DNA from: Octopus sinensis
Taxonomy: Eukaryota
NCBI RefSeq assembly: GCF_006345805.1
Contig: NC_042999.1
Location: 109,616,001 to 109,680,000, forward strand
DNA: 64,000 bases
Reading direction: 5' to 3'
The translations under genes were made by a program, and so were the position numbers. Each line of letters begins with the position of its first letter. The first letter of the stretch is position 1. Positions 11,638 through 24,145 of the stretch are shown piece after piece. Under the pieces are notes generated by a model that saw nothing but the letters and a program-made list of their open reading frames with translations, was not told where the DNA came from and did no database searches.

Positions 11638-14600
11638 ATTAAACTTTACAAGCAGGACCCATAAATATTTCATGGAACTGATGGTAAAATTATTGGGTTA
11701 TTTCTGAAAACTTTGTCCAAAAGACCTGGAAGCATAGCCTGCATTGTGCATAATGTAATATTGTTGACATAACTATATTTCTTCTCAAAAAATCTTATAC
11801 CAATGTTAAAGATCCTTATTGTTGGCATCACCTTTCTTGCTGGTTATTTTCTTTCTGGGACTCTCTCTTTTAAGTTCATTGACAAACAGTACAAGAAGAC
11901 ATTCTTCAATTGTGTTTTCTTATCGTGATTATTTTTTCAAAATGCTCTTTTTTAAAAGAGATATAATTACATACCTAAAACTTTCCTACTTCCTTTTTCT
12001 TTTAACATTTCACTGTGGTGAGTCAAATGCATTCACTTCCAATAAATGCAACTCCTGGTCGTTACTGCACATGTTTGTTGAATATTTTCAAAGTATTTTT
12101 ACCAAAGTATTCTTTTAAATACTCCGTCACTGAATACTTTGTTAATGAAGAATCAATAAACAAACCTTTTGGAGCTTACTCAATCTGTTCGAGACAGCAG
12201 TCAGCTTGCCTGAAAATCACATCCTACCATTTTAAAAAACTGATGTATAAGGTAAAGTACTCTGGAGGACAATATGCCTGAAAAAAAAAAAAAACTAAAG
12301 AAAAAAAAACCAATGCCTTTCATATGTTTGCTCAGTCAAAGCTGTTCTGGGGTCAAATGAGTTACTGTTTTATATCAAGTAGCTATGGGCTTGTACCTTT
12401 CCATGTACAGGCAATGTGTATATGTGTTAACTGGATAACAAGTTTTAAGCCTTAGCTGCAAAGATAAATTGTATATAGTTTGTTAACTTAATAGCAATAT
12501 TTGGATTTTAGTGTAAATATAGCTTTCCCAAAAGCTTACAACTAAAAAGTTATTTTACAGTTGATACAATCTTAACAGGTGGAGCCACTGTCACAGATAA
12601 TTTTGCTTGACAGTGTTATACTTAAAAGCGTGTGTAGGTGGCGTTTCTTCAGTGACGTCCAAGAAACTTCATACTGCAAGTAACAATAAAGGGGATAACT
12701 ACTTAAGAATACAACTTGTATTAGTGTGAGGAAGAGGGAACTTTAGAATCTTGCCAATATCAAATACACAAAATGAGTGTGTGCATGAGAAAGGGGACAG
12801 AGAGAGAAAAAGAGGGAGAAAGAGAGAAATTTGTGTTCATAATATCAGGATATACAAATTCTTATATATCTTGATATCACAGTTATATTGGTATTCAATA
12901 CATAATACAAAGAATGATTAATCAGGTGAGAGAGAAAAGCTAAGAAGCTCCGTTTTTCTCTTATTCACAGCACGATGGAACCTCCTCCTCTAACATTCAA
13001 ATAAATAAGTAAACATGATAAATTGTAGCTTGAAGGAAATGTGTTTTATTATTAAAGTTGATTTGCCATCAATTTAGAAGTAAAATCTGTGAACATGATT
13101 CACTTTCTCCTCTTTTTAATCAATATGTTTTAGTCTAACTTTGTCTCCATATTGATTGATCTTATAGATATGCTTTCGTATGTTTTCAGTTAATGGCTTG
13201 TTGTCAAGATCATACTTTGTTTGGAAACAATTCTGAATCTATAATAACTTGCTTGTATTGGATGTCTTAATAAACAAAAAGAAACATGTCCATAATTAAA
13301 GTAGAAAATTATTTTCTTTTATGCCTTTCTATAAATTATGCTGCATTCCTTACAGATTCAATAATAGAAAATAAATTTTCTCAACACTAAAATATTTGTT
13401 TTAAAAAACACTCAAAAAGCTTTTCTGTAGTCAGGAGGTTGATGCGAGTTTAATTTCCTATATTTTTCACTATAACAAATGTATATTTTAAATGGAAGTA
13501 ACAATTATGGTTTCTTCTTCTTGAAGTACTTGTACAGCTGATGTAAAATATATATTCTGGATGTGACTAAGAATCTGCAAATAATATCAAATTAGATTAA
13601 GAGAAATGCCCTTCAGAAGTGAGGGGACACAGAAATTCTTTAATATTCCAAACAAAACTATTTTATAAGAATTTCATATGTATGCTGTGATTCTTGGTAA
13701 AAATTTGAGAAAAGGGATATTAAAATTTCGTCTATGTGATATTTAGATATTTCTTGGATTAAAAGTAATTGCTCTGTATTATTTCTGATAGTTTAGTTAC
13801 ATTAAAATGCAGAAAATTGTACTGCTCATTTTTTCAGCAAAATTTTGATGATTAATAAAGCCAAGAGAAGGAACATGATACTGTTAAAAATGAATTCCTT
13901 TAAACAAACATTCTGTAAATTACATGACTTACATTTACAAAAACTGGTGTATAAATTAAATGTGTGAGATAGGAAGACAGAACAAAAAAAAATAATGCAG
14001 TTTTGGAGAAAAAAATTTAATTCCTAGAATAATTAACTTATCATTAAATGTTCTGAACAGTACAGCTAAATGTTACTTTGATAATATGTTTGTTACAATA
14101 ATCAAAACCTAATGATAAGGCAGTTTGTACTGAATGTAGTTAAAAATGGATAAGCTCTACTGATTCCTATTAGTAGTATTAAGTTATTGAGAGTTAAAAA
14201 AAAAAAAGCAAAACAATTATTGTAAAAATAAAATTACTCACCATTAAATCAATTAGTTAGCATCAATAAAATTTATTGAGAAGTAGTGTGTTAATCACAG
14301 TTAGAAGCTAAGAAGCATCAGAATACAGAAATTTCTGATAAAGTGACACTCACTGGGTACTCATAATCTACATTAAGATTAGTTGTTCAAATTCTTGTTC
14401 AAATGTGGTTTTTCATCAAATCTATGTAATCTATTCTGAGTATTTTTTTTTGAAGTTAAGCATGACATCTTTGTTATAAACTTCTTTACCATGAGTTAGA
14501 ATTTATTCTTTAACATCATTTTGATTGGTTTGCACTGATAAGGTTATAAAAATGCTTCCCAATAAAGAAATATATCAATGAGTTTGAAAGAATTCTCTTT

Positions 14601-15199
14601 AAATAAATGAGAAATATTCTGTCTAAATTGTTGCAGTTGTGGTAGAAAGGAACTTTTAAAAGGGTACAAGTTAAAAAAAAAAAACACAAGCAACACAACA
14701 CACATTTTCTCAATCTGTCTTTCTTGGAATTAAGAAATGTGAGAAAATGTAACAAGTGGCTTTAAGTACTCGAACAGTGACTTAAAAGTGCACAGTTTGT
14801 TATATTTGTGATAGAAGAGACAGCAAAAAATAACATAGTTCAGTAGCTAATAGTGCCAAAGCAGTGGGAATTAAGGGTTTACTGATCTGGTAGCTAATTT
14901 TATTTTTAGCAGTGCATGTGTGTGTACATTAGTGTAGTAGGGACTCCATCCTATGACAAATTTGTATGCTCTACTGTGTGAGAAGCTGTTGGTAACTGAA
15001 TATTTTTTACTAATTAAGCTATAATTGGAATCATAATACCAGTTATTGTTGTACAATATAGAGTATATGGACCTCGTGAAACATTAAAAAACATAGGGAA
15101 TGGAAAGCATTTTTTAAAATATTAGTTTTGGTTGAAGAAAGAGCCAATGTCCATTCTCCTTCACAGATCCAATGAGATTAGTGAAATAGACTTGACTAA

Positions 15200-15650
15200 T
15201 GATTATCATGAATAGTTGTAGGTTGATGGCTGCAGGAAAAATATGTTCAGGAAGGAATTATAAAGAACCAGCATTTTGGGAAGGAATGACTGAAAGTAGC
15301 AGTAAAAGTGGGGTCAAGGAGTAGACACAGTTTGAGTTATGAGAGGTGAAAAGACGAATGAACCTGATGTATCTGAAGCCAGTCATTCCCAAATGAGCAG
15401 AGGCCACTGCTGAATCAGTATAAAAGGCAGAGAGAAGCAGCTTCATTTCAGTGAAGATGGCCTTTCTTTGGATGTCATCTAAGATGTTTGTATGTGCAGC
15501 AGCACTGTCTCAGATATGGGGGCAGTACTTCATTGTGCATCTTAAATAAACTTTGTAGAGGGTTAATACAAGTTAGAATGGAATGTGTGAAGTATTTTCT
15601 GGTTTGAAGATGAAGGCCAGTCTTTGTGATTTAGTTTTTGCTATGATAGC
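15200..15650 (-). mobile_element. Possible CR1/L2-type LINE 3' end, highly decayed
   Basis: Minus-strand remnant resembling HSFP...LYNSLPEHI after FIRLFTSHNSNCV; weak. Confidence 0.35.
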
Positions 15651-16756
15651 ATGGCAAATCTTTTGGTATTTATTGATTATGTGTAGGGAACATCAGTGAA
15701 TACAGGAATAAGAAACCTTTCTTCTTTCATTAATTAAAAAGTTAGATTGATAGTAAACATTACAAAATTCTTAGCTTTCATTTGAAAATGCTTCTTCACA
15801 AAGGACTCCTGGTATTGTCTGTGAATATAATGTTGGATGTAAAGGGCGTTAAAAAATTGAGAATTACAAATTATTGTGATTTTATATCTCCTTTATCTAG
15901 TGCATAAGCAACTATTGTATGATCAATTGCTTTTAGAATTAAAAATTATCATTATTTGAGCAAATTTCTAATACTTAAATCCTCTTTGTTGGGAGATACT
16001 CTACTCTTATAGTAGTGCTCCATTCCTTCTTACCAAGTATTCAAAGTCATCTATTTACCATATAACTTTACCATCATGTAGTGTGTAAGAGAGAAGACTG
16101 CATTGTTATGGGTGTGTAATGCATGACTTGTGGTAGCTATATAAAGTGTTGATCACTTTACGTAGATGAGATTTGCTAGAGAGGGAGTCCAGAAAAACTT
16201 GATACAAAATAGTGAAGGCTGAACTCAGAATTTCGAGCTTCATGAATATGATGACAAAAGATTGAGATGATTGATTATACACAGTGCTTGAGAAAATCCA
16301 CCCATCATGGTGAAACTGAGGCTCTAGAAGCATAATGCGTATATACACAACTATCCAGTTTGTTCCTATCAAACCTTCTCCACCTCTTGCCTTCTTATCA
16401 ATTTCCTAACTACTGCAGTATTCTGTTGCTGTATGTAATTAAATAAAAGCAGAACAACATATTTCATGAACCTTTTCTGTGTTTTCAGTTACTTTTCTCC
16501 CACTTTCTTTTGACATTCATCCCTCATGCTTAACATTACCCATCCCCACTCGCATCTTCCATTGATCACCCTTTTTCTCTGTGCTGCCAATTATCTCTCC
16601 CTCTTCTCTGAACCACTTCCTATCGACTCACTACTATGTAACTCTGATCACCTCCACTTATATTCCTATACATCTCTTACACTTCACACCAATTTTTGCA
16701 ACCTTTACCCACTCACCCATCATCTATCATCTAGCCTTCTCCAATTTATTGCATTA

Positions 16757-17480
16757 TTATTATTATTTCTCTTTATCACAGGTTTAGTTGGAGCTCCTGG
16801 AGTCTTACATGTGTAGTGGGCTTGCTACCTGCAGCCTACGGTACCATGCTATTCATTCTTTTCAGCTATCTAATACTTTCCTGATTATTCTAGCTGTGCC
16901 AAGGAGGCAAACCTTTTGTAACATTTCTACTGGCCACTCTATTCCAATTTCCTCTATATTCCCCTTGATGCCTTCTGATACTATTCCCAAGGACCCAACA
17001 ATAATTGGCACTATCTTCACCTTCTTCATTTTCCATAGCTGGGCTATTTTGTACTTAAGAGGGTTGTATTTATCTATCTTTTTGCCTTCCTCTTTGACTA
17101 TTTATGGGTCAAAGAGGCATGCAACATCAGCTATATAGCAAATGCAGTGCACCTTCTCCACCACCACTAGATTCGGTCTCTTATGCTCTAGCACCTGATC
17201 TGTTTGGATTAGGAAATCCCAGAGGATTTTGCTGGTCTCCAACTCTGTCGCTCTCTGCTGTTTGTGTCCATACCATGTCTTGCCTCTCACTAGCCCCCAC
17301 TTTTCACACAGTTTTTAATGTAGCACTTTCACTACCTGATTGTGTCACCACAACTTGTGGTGGTTTTGGGCAAGTCTAGAGCACTCGTTTGTGATATGGG
17401 CAATGGTTTCATCCTCTTTATTGCTGATGCAGCACAGCGGAGACACTTGCTCATTCCTAAGGTTGACCCTCCAGTTCATG

Positions 17481-17482
<2 letters not shown>
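16757..17482 (-). mobile_element. 5'-truncated R4/Dong retrotransposon (CCHC knuckle plus RLE), inserted in (TAA)n
   Basis: ETIAHITNECSRLAQ...WYGHK...KILWDFLIQTDQVLEHKRPNLVVV...IADVACLFDP...IVPIIVGSLG...MLQKVCLLGTARIIRKVL, then a short 3' UTR and (AAT)n; (TAT)n flanks both ends. Confidence 0.88.
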
Positions 17483-17520
<38 letters not shown>

Positions 17521-17962
17521 CTCATAATTCTTTAAATGCTGCCAGTCATCACTGCCTTTCATCTGAACTGCTTGTATTGATGTTCATATCTCATTCTTAT
17601 CACCTCCTCTTCAATTCATATTTACTATTGATCATCCCTCCAACCCTTGTTTCCCACTCTCTACATTCACCTCTACCCCCATCTCTAATCACACCTCATT
17701 CTTCTCACCACACATTTGCACCCTCTATGCACTCTCCCATCCTGAGCTTCTATCTCAGCATCCTCTTCTATTCGTTTTCTCATACCTTGAGAGTTATACC
17801 TTAACACTTCATCATCATCTTTATCTCTCTATCCAGCTCCATCCTAATTACTCTCACCTCTATATAATGAGAAGTATCTATGTATCTCCTTTACAACAAG
17901 TAATTTGTTTCTGTCCCCTTTTTCATATTTAAACCTCTCATCACCTTGCATAAAACTGCTTC

Positions 17963-18365
17963 TAATCTCTGTTATATTCCTACTCAGTCAAGGGAGCTCT
18001 TTAGCCTTCTGGATTACAAGATTTCACTCGTGCTGGTACTACAAAAATGGCACCCTTTAAACCGTGTAAAGTGATTGGCTTTAAGAAACACATCCAACCA
18101 TAGAAATCATGCCAAAGGACACCTTTCAGCACTATGTGGCCCTTGTCTTGTTGGATCATGTTGAATGGTGGTACTCCACCATGGCCACAGCTCTTGAGCA
18201 GAAACTAGTAGAAAAAACTGTCAAACCATGCAAAGAACATGGACTTTGAATGATGGCAATGACAATGATGATATTTCCTTTGAAATGAATTTTTTTTTAT
18301 ATGATTTTAATATTTATGTGATGAACCCTTGTAAGATGGCATGCTAAGTAGATTTAGGTTATATT
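17963..18365. repeat. Left arm of a ~400-bp inverted duplication
   Basis: Reverse complement of 20195-20580, with a few substitutions and two ~7-bp indels. Confidence 0.9.
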
Positions 18366-19794
18366 TACAGACGGAACCTAAAATTATATATTGCTCTGAT
18401 AGTGATTATGTTTGTTGCTTGTAAAATTTGTCTTTTGAAGAAATGGTTATCATTGTGATTCTAGCTGTGATATTTAGATTAAACTTCATATGTGAACTAT
18501 TGTTTTGTAAATGTTTGTTTGAAATATATTATATTTAACTTCAAATCAACATTGACAACAAATTAGTTAAATAACGATTGTCAAAATTTATAATAATAAA
18601 AAATGTATTGAAAATAAAATAAAATGTTTGTGTTGATGCTGGAACATCCCAGTAAGTGCAATGTTAAGCTCGGCCGAATATTACGACTGACAAAATGGAG
18701 GGAAGATATTTTGCAAGATTTGAATATATTGATATATTTATGCAATTGATGGTAATGTATTTTTGAATATGGAAAAATATGGATGTTTGTACTTAGGTTG
18801 AAGCAAAAGGAAATCTTCTTCTTTAATAACTGACTACATCTTTGAAGCCATTGAAAAATGAGAAAATTTTGATGCAATCATTTATAAGTATTCAAAGTCC
18901 TCCACTTCTGCTGCAGGCAAAAAGCTAACATCATTTTGAAGTAATCAACATTAACAGTGATTAACAAAACAAATGGAAAACAAAAGAAATATCTTTCTGA
19001 TGTTCTAGAAGACTAGATCACACTTTAAATCAGCTAACATCATTGGCAGTGGGGAGAGGAGCTTAGTTCACCAAGTCAGATTTTTACTGAAATGTGCAAA
19101 GATAAGCAACAAAATTAGTTGCAGCTTTAAAGAACTCTGACATATGAGACAATTATTGAAGGGAGATATATGTCTATAAGATGGTAAACAAGTTTAGTGG
19201 GTTTTGACAAAGACTCACTAAGACTCAAAGACGAACATATAATTGGAAATTGTATCAGTCATCAATAATAGACCATTCACATGAATTCTTTTAAGTAGTG
19301 ATACGACAATAAAGCAAGCCAGCAAACCTTCCCAAATAGAATCCATGTGAAATGAAAATGATTGTATTAGAACAAATCATATTAGAACCTTTAGATAATT
19401 AAGTGCTGTGAGATCTAACCATATTGGAGTTGTACCTTGCAAATCGTTTTTGCTTTGTTTTCTTTAATATTTGCATTGTAGCTCTAAACTGTCATCAGTT
19501 GCTACAGATTGTATTGTTATAACTGGCTGAAAATGTTTCTTCTGCAATATGAGAGAGAAATTTAACCCAGTTCCTTATTTCTTTAGATAATGAATTAAGG
19601 AGTCCCCTTCAGGTGAAAATGGTGACATTGACTGTCACCAGTATTCTCAGGTTTTCTGATTTATTTAATGGTGTATTTCAAAATTTAGTAATTTACAATC
19701 CAGAATTTCCCAAAATTGTAGACCTTGGTGCATTTGTTTCTTCTGTCTTCATTTCATTCCCTAAAGATATTCGAAGTAATTTATTTCTTTTATC

Positions 19795-20086
19795 TTTTAT
19801 TCTTTTACTTTATTTGTTTCATTCATTTGACAGCAGCCATGCTGGGGCACTGCCTTGAAGGGTTTTAGTAGAATAAATCGACCCTAGGACTTTTTAAAGT
19901 CTAGTACTTATTCTATTCATTTCTTTTGCAGAACCAATGAGTTATGGGGATGTAAACACACCAACATCAGTTGTCAAGTGGTGGTGGGAACAAACAAAGA
20001 CACTTACACACACACATACGTGTACGACAGGCTTCTTCCAATTCCCTGATAACCAAAACCATTTAGAAGGCTTTGCTTGGCCTGAG
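19795..20086 (-). mobile_element. Family-A SINE, 3' portion; its head lies at 20827-20898
   Basis: Colinear with 2064-2345, stops at ttggcctgag; the head resumes at aaggtgtcacttagtgggattgaacc. Confidence 0.75.
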
Positions 20087-20580
20087 TAGATTAAACTTCA
20101 TGTGTGAACAATTGTTTTGTAAATGTTTGTTTGAAATATATTATATTTAACTTTAAATTAATATTGACAACAAATTAGTTAAATAACGATTGTCAATATA
20201 ACCTAAATCTACTTAGCATGCCATCTTCCAAAGGTTCATCACATAAATATTAAAATCATATAAAAAAAATTCATTTCAAAAGAAATATCATCATTGTCAT
20301 TGCCAACATTTAAAGTCCATGTTCTTTGCATGGTTTGACAGTTTTCCTACTAGTTTCTGCTCAAGAGCTGTGACCATGGTGGAGTATGAACATGATCCAT
20401 CAAGACAAGGGCTACATTGTACTGAAAGGTTTCCTTTGGCATGATTTCTATGGTTGGATGTGTTCCTTAAAGCCAATCACTTTACATGGTTTAGTGGGTG
20501 CCGTTTTGTAGTATCAGCACTCGTGAAATCTTGTAATCCAGAAGAGCTCCCTTGACTGAGTAGAAATATAACAGAGACTA
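20087..20580. repeat. Composite duplication: direct copy of 18475-18584 followed by inverted copy of 18365-17963
   Basis: tagattaaacttca...ataacgattgtcaa (direct) is joined through a shared AA to aatataacctaaatct...gagctcccttgactgagtag (inverted). Confidence 0.9.
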
Positions 20581-22032
20581 GCTTAATGTGACCCGCTCTA
20601 TGCTCGAGTGAGGGTGTGGTTGTTCCCATCCCAAAATGAGACAAATAACCAAGAAATCAAACAACTTTTTCACATTTCAGCTTTATAGATATATATTGTA
20701 TATATATGATTATCTATATACACATATATATATATGTATACACATTATATATATATATATTTATACACACACACACACATATATATATAAATTAACACAA
20801 TATATCTGATTAATAATATCTTAATCAAGGTGTCACTTAGTGGGATTGAACCAACAACCATGTGGTTGGGAAGCAATTTCTTACCACACAGCCGTGCCAT
20901 TAGGATTTTTATTTATGATATTTACCCAGAAATAACATTGCTTTAGTGCTATGAATAGTAATTCATATGGTTCAGAACTGGTGTTTTACATAATTTCTGT
21001 ATAACTGCAGAGAAGTTTCACATTTGATATGTGTCCTCAGGAGGAATTATTAATGGACATTGTGATGTTTTTGCCCCGGTCTGATTTTCTGTTCAGGATT
21101 GGTTCTTAGCTTGCAGCTAACTCATTGAAAACTTCCTGTAGTGCATAGCATAGAATTCACTGTACTTTATGAATATCATTTATTGCTTTTGTCCCAAGTG
21201 ATATATTAGAATCAATATCACCTGCATAACTGAAAACTTTGGTGTACTGAATCCACTTCTATTAAATCTGATCTGAAATTATAGTATTTTCTGGAATGCA
21301 AGTCAATGTAGTATACAGTGTAAATATTCAAACATCCTGTTGCATTTCATGTGGAATTTTTGGTCCTCCAAAGTCATCTTGGTGTTAACCTACCTTTTTT
21401 GTCTGTAAATTTTGATCCCAAAAGTTGAATTTGCATGCCAGAAAATACCATATATTGATCAATAAGAGAAGTTGCAGAAAGGTATCATCTGGAACTCTGC
21501 TGCAAGAGATTTTGTTAATAATATGCTGATAGCTGCAATTATTTGATGTCTAATTTCCATGAAATTAATAAACCAGACTACCAAGCTGATCTGAAATACC
21601 AAGCTGTACCTTCATAGCATAAAATTTAAAGTGTAGTTAAAAGCAATGAATATTCATGTTATTAAATCAAAGACAACAAGCCAATTGAGGAATAGAATTG
21701 ATATTAGACCCATAGATTTGAAGCATTCTTGTAATATATATGATGTGTTGGCATTTGTAGACTGATTTGGTGATCAATTATTAAAACTACATAGAACTGT
21801 AAAGAGTGAAAGTTTTAATGATTTTCTTTGTCTGCCAAATATTTTGTTGAAGGCATTTGTACTTTCATGTTTTTGAATTGCCTTAATTGCACATACTTCA
21901 AAATACAGTAAAGTGTAATTAAGAAAAGAAAAACTACAGGAACTTAATTTACCTTTAACAAAATCAGTATTATTTCAATTAGAAACTTTTATTATTTCTA
22001 CATTGTTTCAAATACAGAGTACATTCTATCAT

Positions 22033-22070
22033 TCAATATATATATATATAAATAAATATAAATATATATA

Positions 22071-22141
<71 letters not shown>

Positions 22142-22349
22142 ATATATATATATATACATATATATATACACATACATATATATATAATATATACATATAT
22201 ATATATACATACATTATATATATATACATACATATTATATATATATACATATATAATATATATATATATAATATATACATACATATATATATATATATAC
22301 ATAATATATATATATATATACATACATATATATATATAATATATACATA

Positions 22350-22385
<36 letters not shown>

Positions 22386-22386
22386 C

Positions 22387-22436
<50 letters not shown>

Positions 22437-22564
22437 CATATATATACATATATATATATATATATACATAATATATATATATATATACATACATATATAT
22501 ATATAATATATATATATATACATACATAATATATATATATATATACATACATATATATATATAT

Positions 22565-22623
<59 letters not shown>

Positions 22624-22666
22624 CATAACTGAAAAAATAATTGCTATATATATATATATATATATA
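22033..22666. repeat. ~630-bp compound (AT)n/(ATAC)n microsatellite
   Basis: Directly visible; the source of several spurious Y/I/M ORFs. Confidence 0.98.
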
Positions 22667-23951
22667 CATTTTTCTACTTGCTTAATCCAGAGAAAGGGTA
22701 AGTACTCATGACCTTTGCAAGCCCTCTGAGACTAGTGAGTATGATGTTATATCTGAAATATGAGCCTAAATATTACTATTACCCATTGCTGTTAAGATAA
22801 TTTTTCAGACTATTAACATCTCATATTCAGAGAAGGAACATTAAAAAAAAAAATTACTTCTTCAGAATGTTTTGATTGCTATGTTGGGTGAGTACATAGT
22901 TCTAGATAGTTTAGGAATAGGAACCTTAATTTCTAATCTAGACACAGTAATGCTCTTGCATGTTTAGAGGTCTAGTATAAAAGAATGCTGTTATCCTCGG
23001 TTGTCAAATAAGTTTCTAGTTTAAATACAGTTTGGAATTATCTACACATTCTGGATTAAAATACCTGATGATGATTGGAGACTGATCAAAACAGCATAGA
23101 TGTAGATATTTTTAAAAAATGCTTCATCTTTATAATTAGGTTAATTGTCTGAAAAATTATTATTTTATTGACAAAAAGAAAAACTCATATCAAACATTTA
23201 ACAGTTACTAAGGTATTATTTTGTTCCTTTTACTTGGAAAACAGATTTTAGCTGAGATTCTAAGCTGCAAAAGACATTATTGTAACTTGTAAAGTCACTC
23301 TGGTCATTTAAACACATAAATTATTGTATTTAGTTCTTTTTCGAATTTCTAATAGTTACATGCACCAAATTGTGTTCTCTTTTTTTCATTATACATCAAC
23401 GATCTATTCACTAACACTTTATATACTCATGTTTGTCGTTTTCTTTTGAAAGTGAGAGCATATGATCAAAGAGAATGGAAGGAAAGAGTTCTGTTTAGGA
23501 TTGTATGGAGTTAGATGTGATGAAATCAATGATGTAAAATATATGATGATGATCAAAGATTTTCATGTTCACATAAATATTTGTGTTTCTACTAATTGGT
23601 GCATCTGATACTATTTAATCTACTAATACTAAAATAGTTGGGTTAAACAGAGCAATGCCTCAAAACAGTGCAACCATCTCTTTGTGACAGAAAAGCCATC
23701 TTAGTGGTGCATAATAGCAGTGATTTGATGGTTTGGTATTATTAATGTCTCACCACATTACAAAAAACAATATACATTAGATCACCATTTTTTGGCATCC
23801 TTAGTTCCAAACTCATGCTGGACTTTTCATTTCAGTGGACTGGAAGAGACGGGATAATAGTAAAGTTTAGTAAACTTCTAGAAGACTACTACCATGTTAG
23901 AAATATTACTGTTTCTAAGTCTCTCAAAAGGAGACTACGGCAGTAGTACTG

Positions 23952-24145
23952 GATATTAATAGTTATCGCCAAGCTAATATGGCAGTCCATAAATATATGA
24001 TGAAAGCTGCCATTGATTAGCTCCAAGAATATAGGATGAAAGCTGGGACGAAAGCTGAGGTGTTGGCCTCTTGGAGCTAATCAACGGCAGCTTTCGTCCT
24101 ATATTTATGGACTGCCATATTAGCTTGGTGATAACTATTAATATC
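23952..24145. mobile_element. Fold-back MITE-like element with 77-bp inverted arms
   Basis: 23952-24028 and 24069-24145 are reverse complements with 4 differences; the 40-nt spacer repeats the arm motif gaaagctg. Confidence 0.8.

Noticed and set aside
12950-13010. Plus-strand acceptor followed by ATG GAA CCT CCT...
   Set aside because: The frame closes after 9 codons and there is no convincing partner exon or donor.
21998-22669. Long Y/I/M/V ORFs here and at 48270-48597 and 53886-54972
   Set aside because: Translations of (AT)n/(AC)n microsatellites.
23065-23100. Second hammerhead-like motif (CTGATGA...caaaacagc)
   Set aside because: The essential GAAA is mutated to AAAA and stem II is poor; at most a dead relic.
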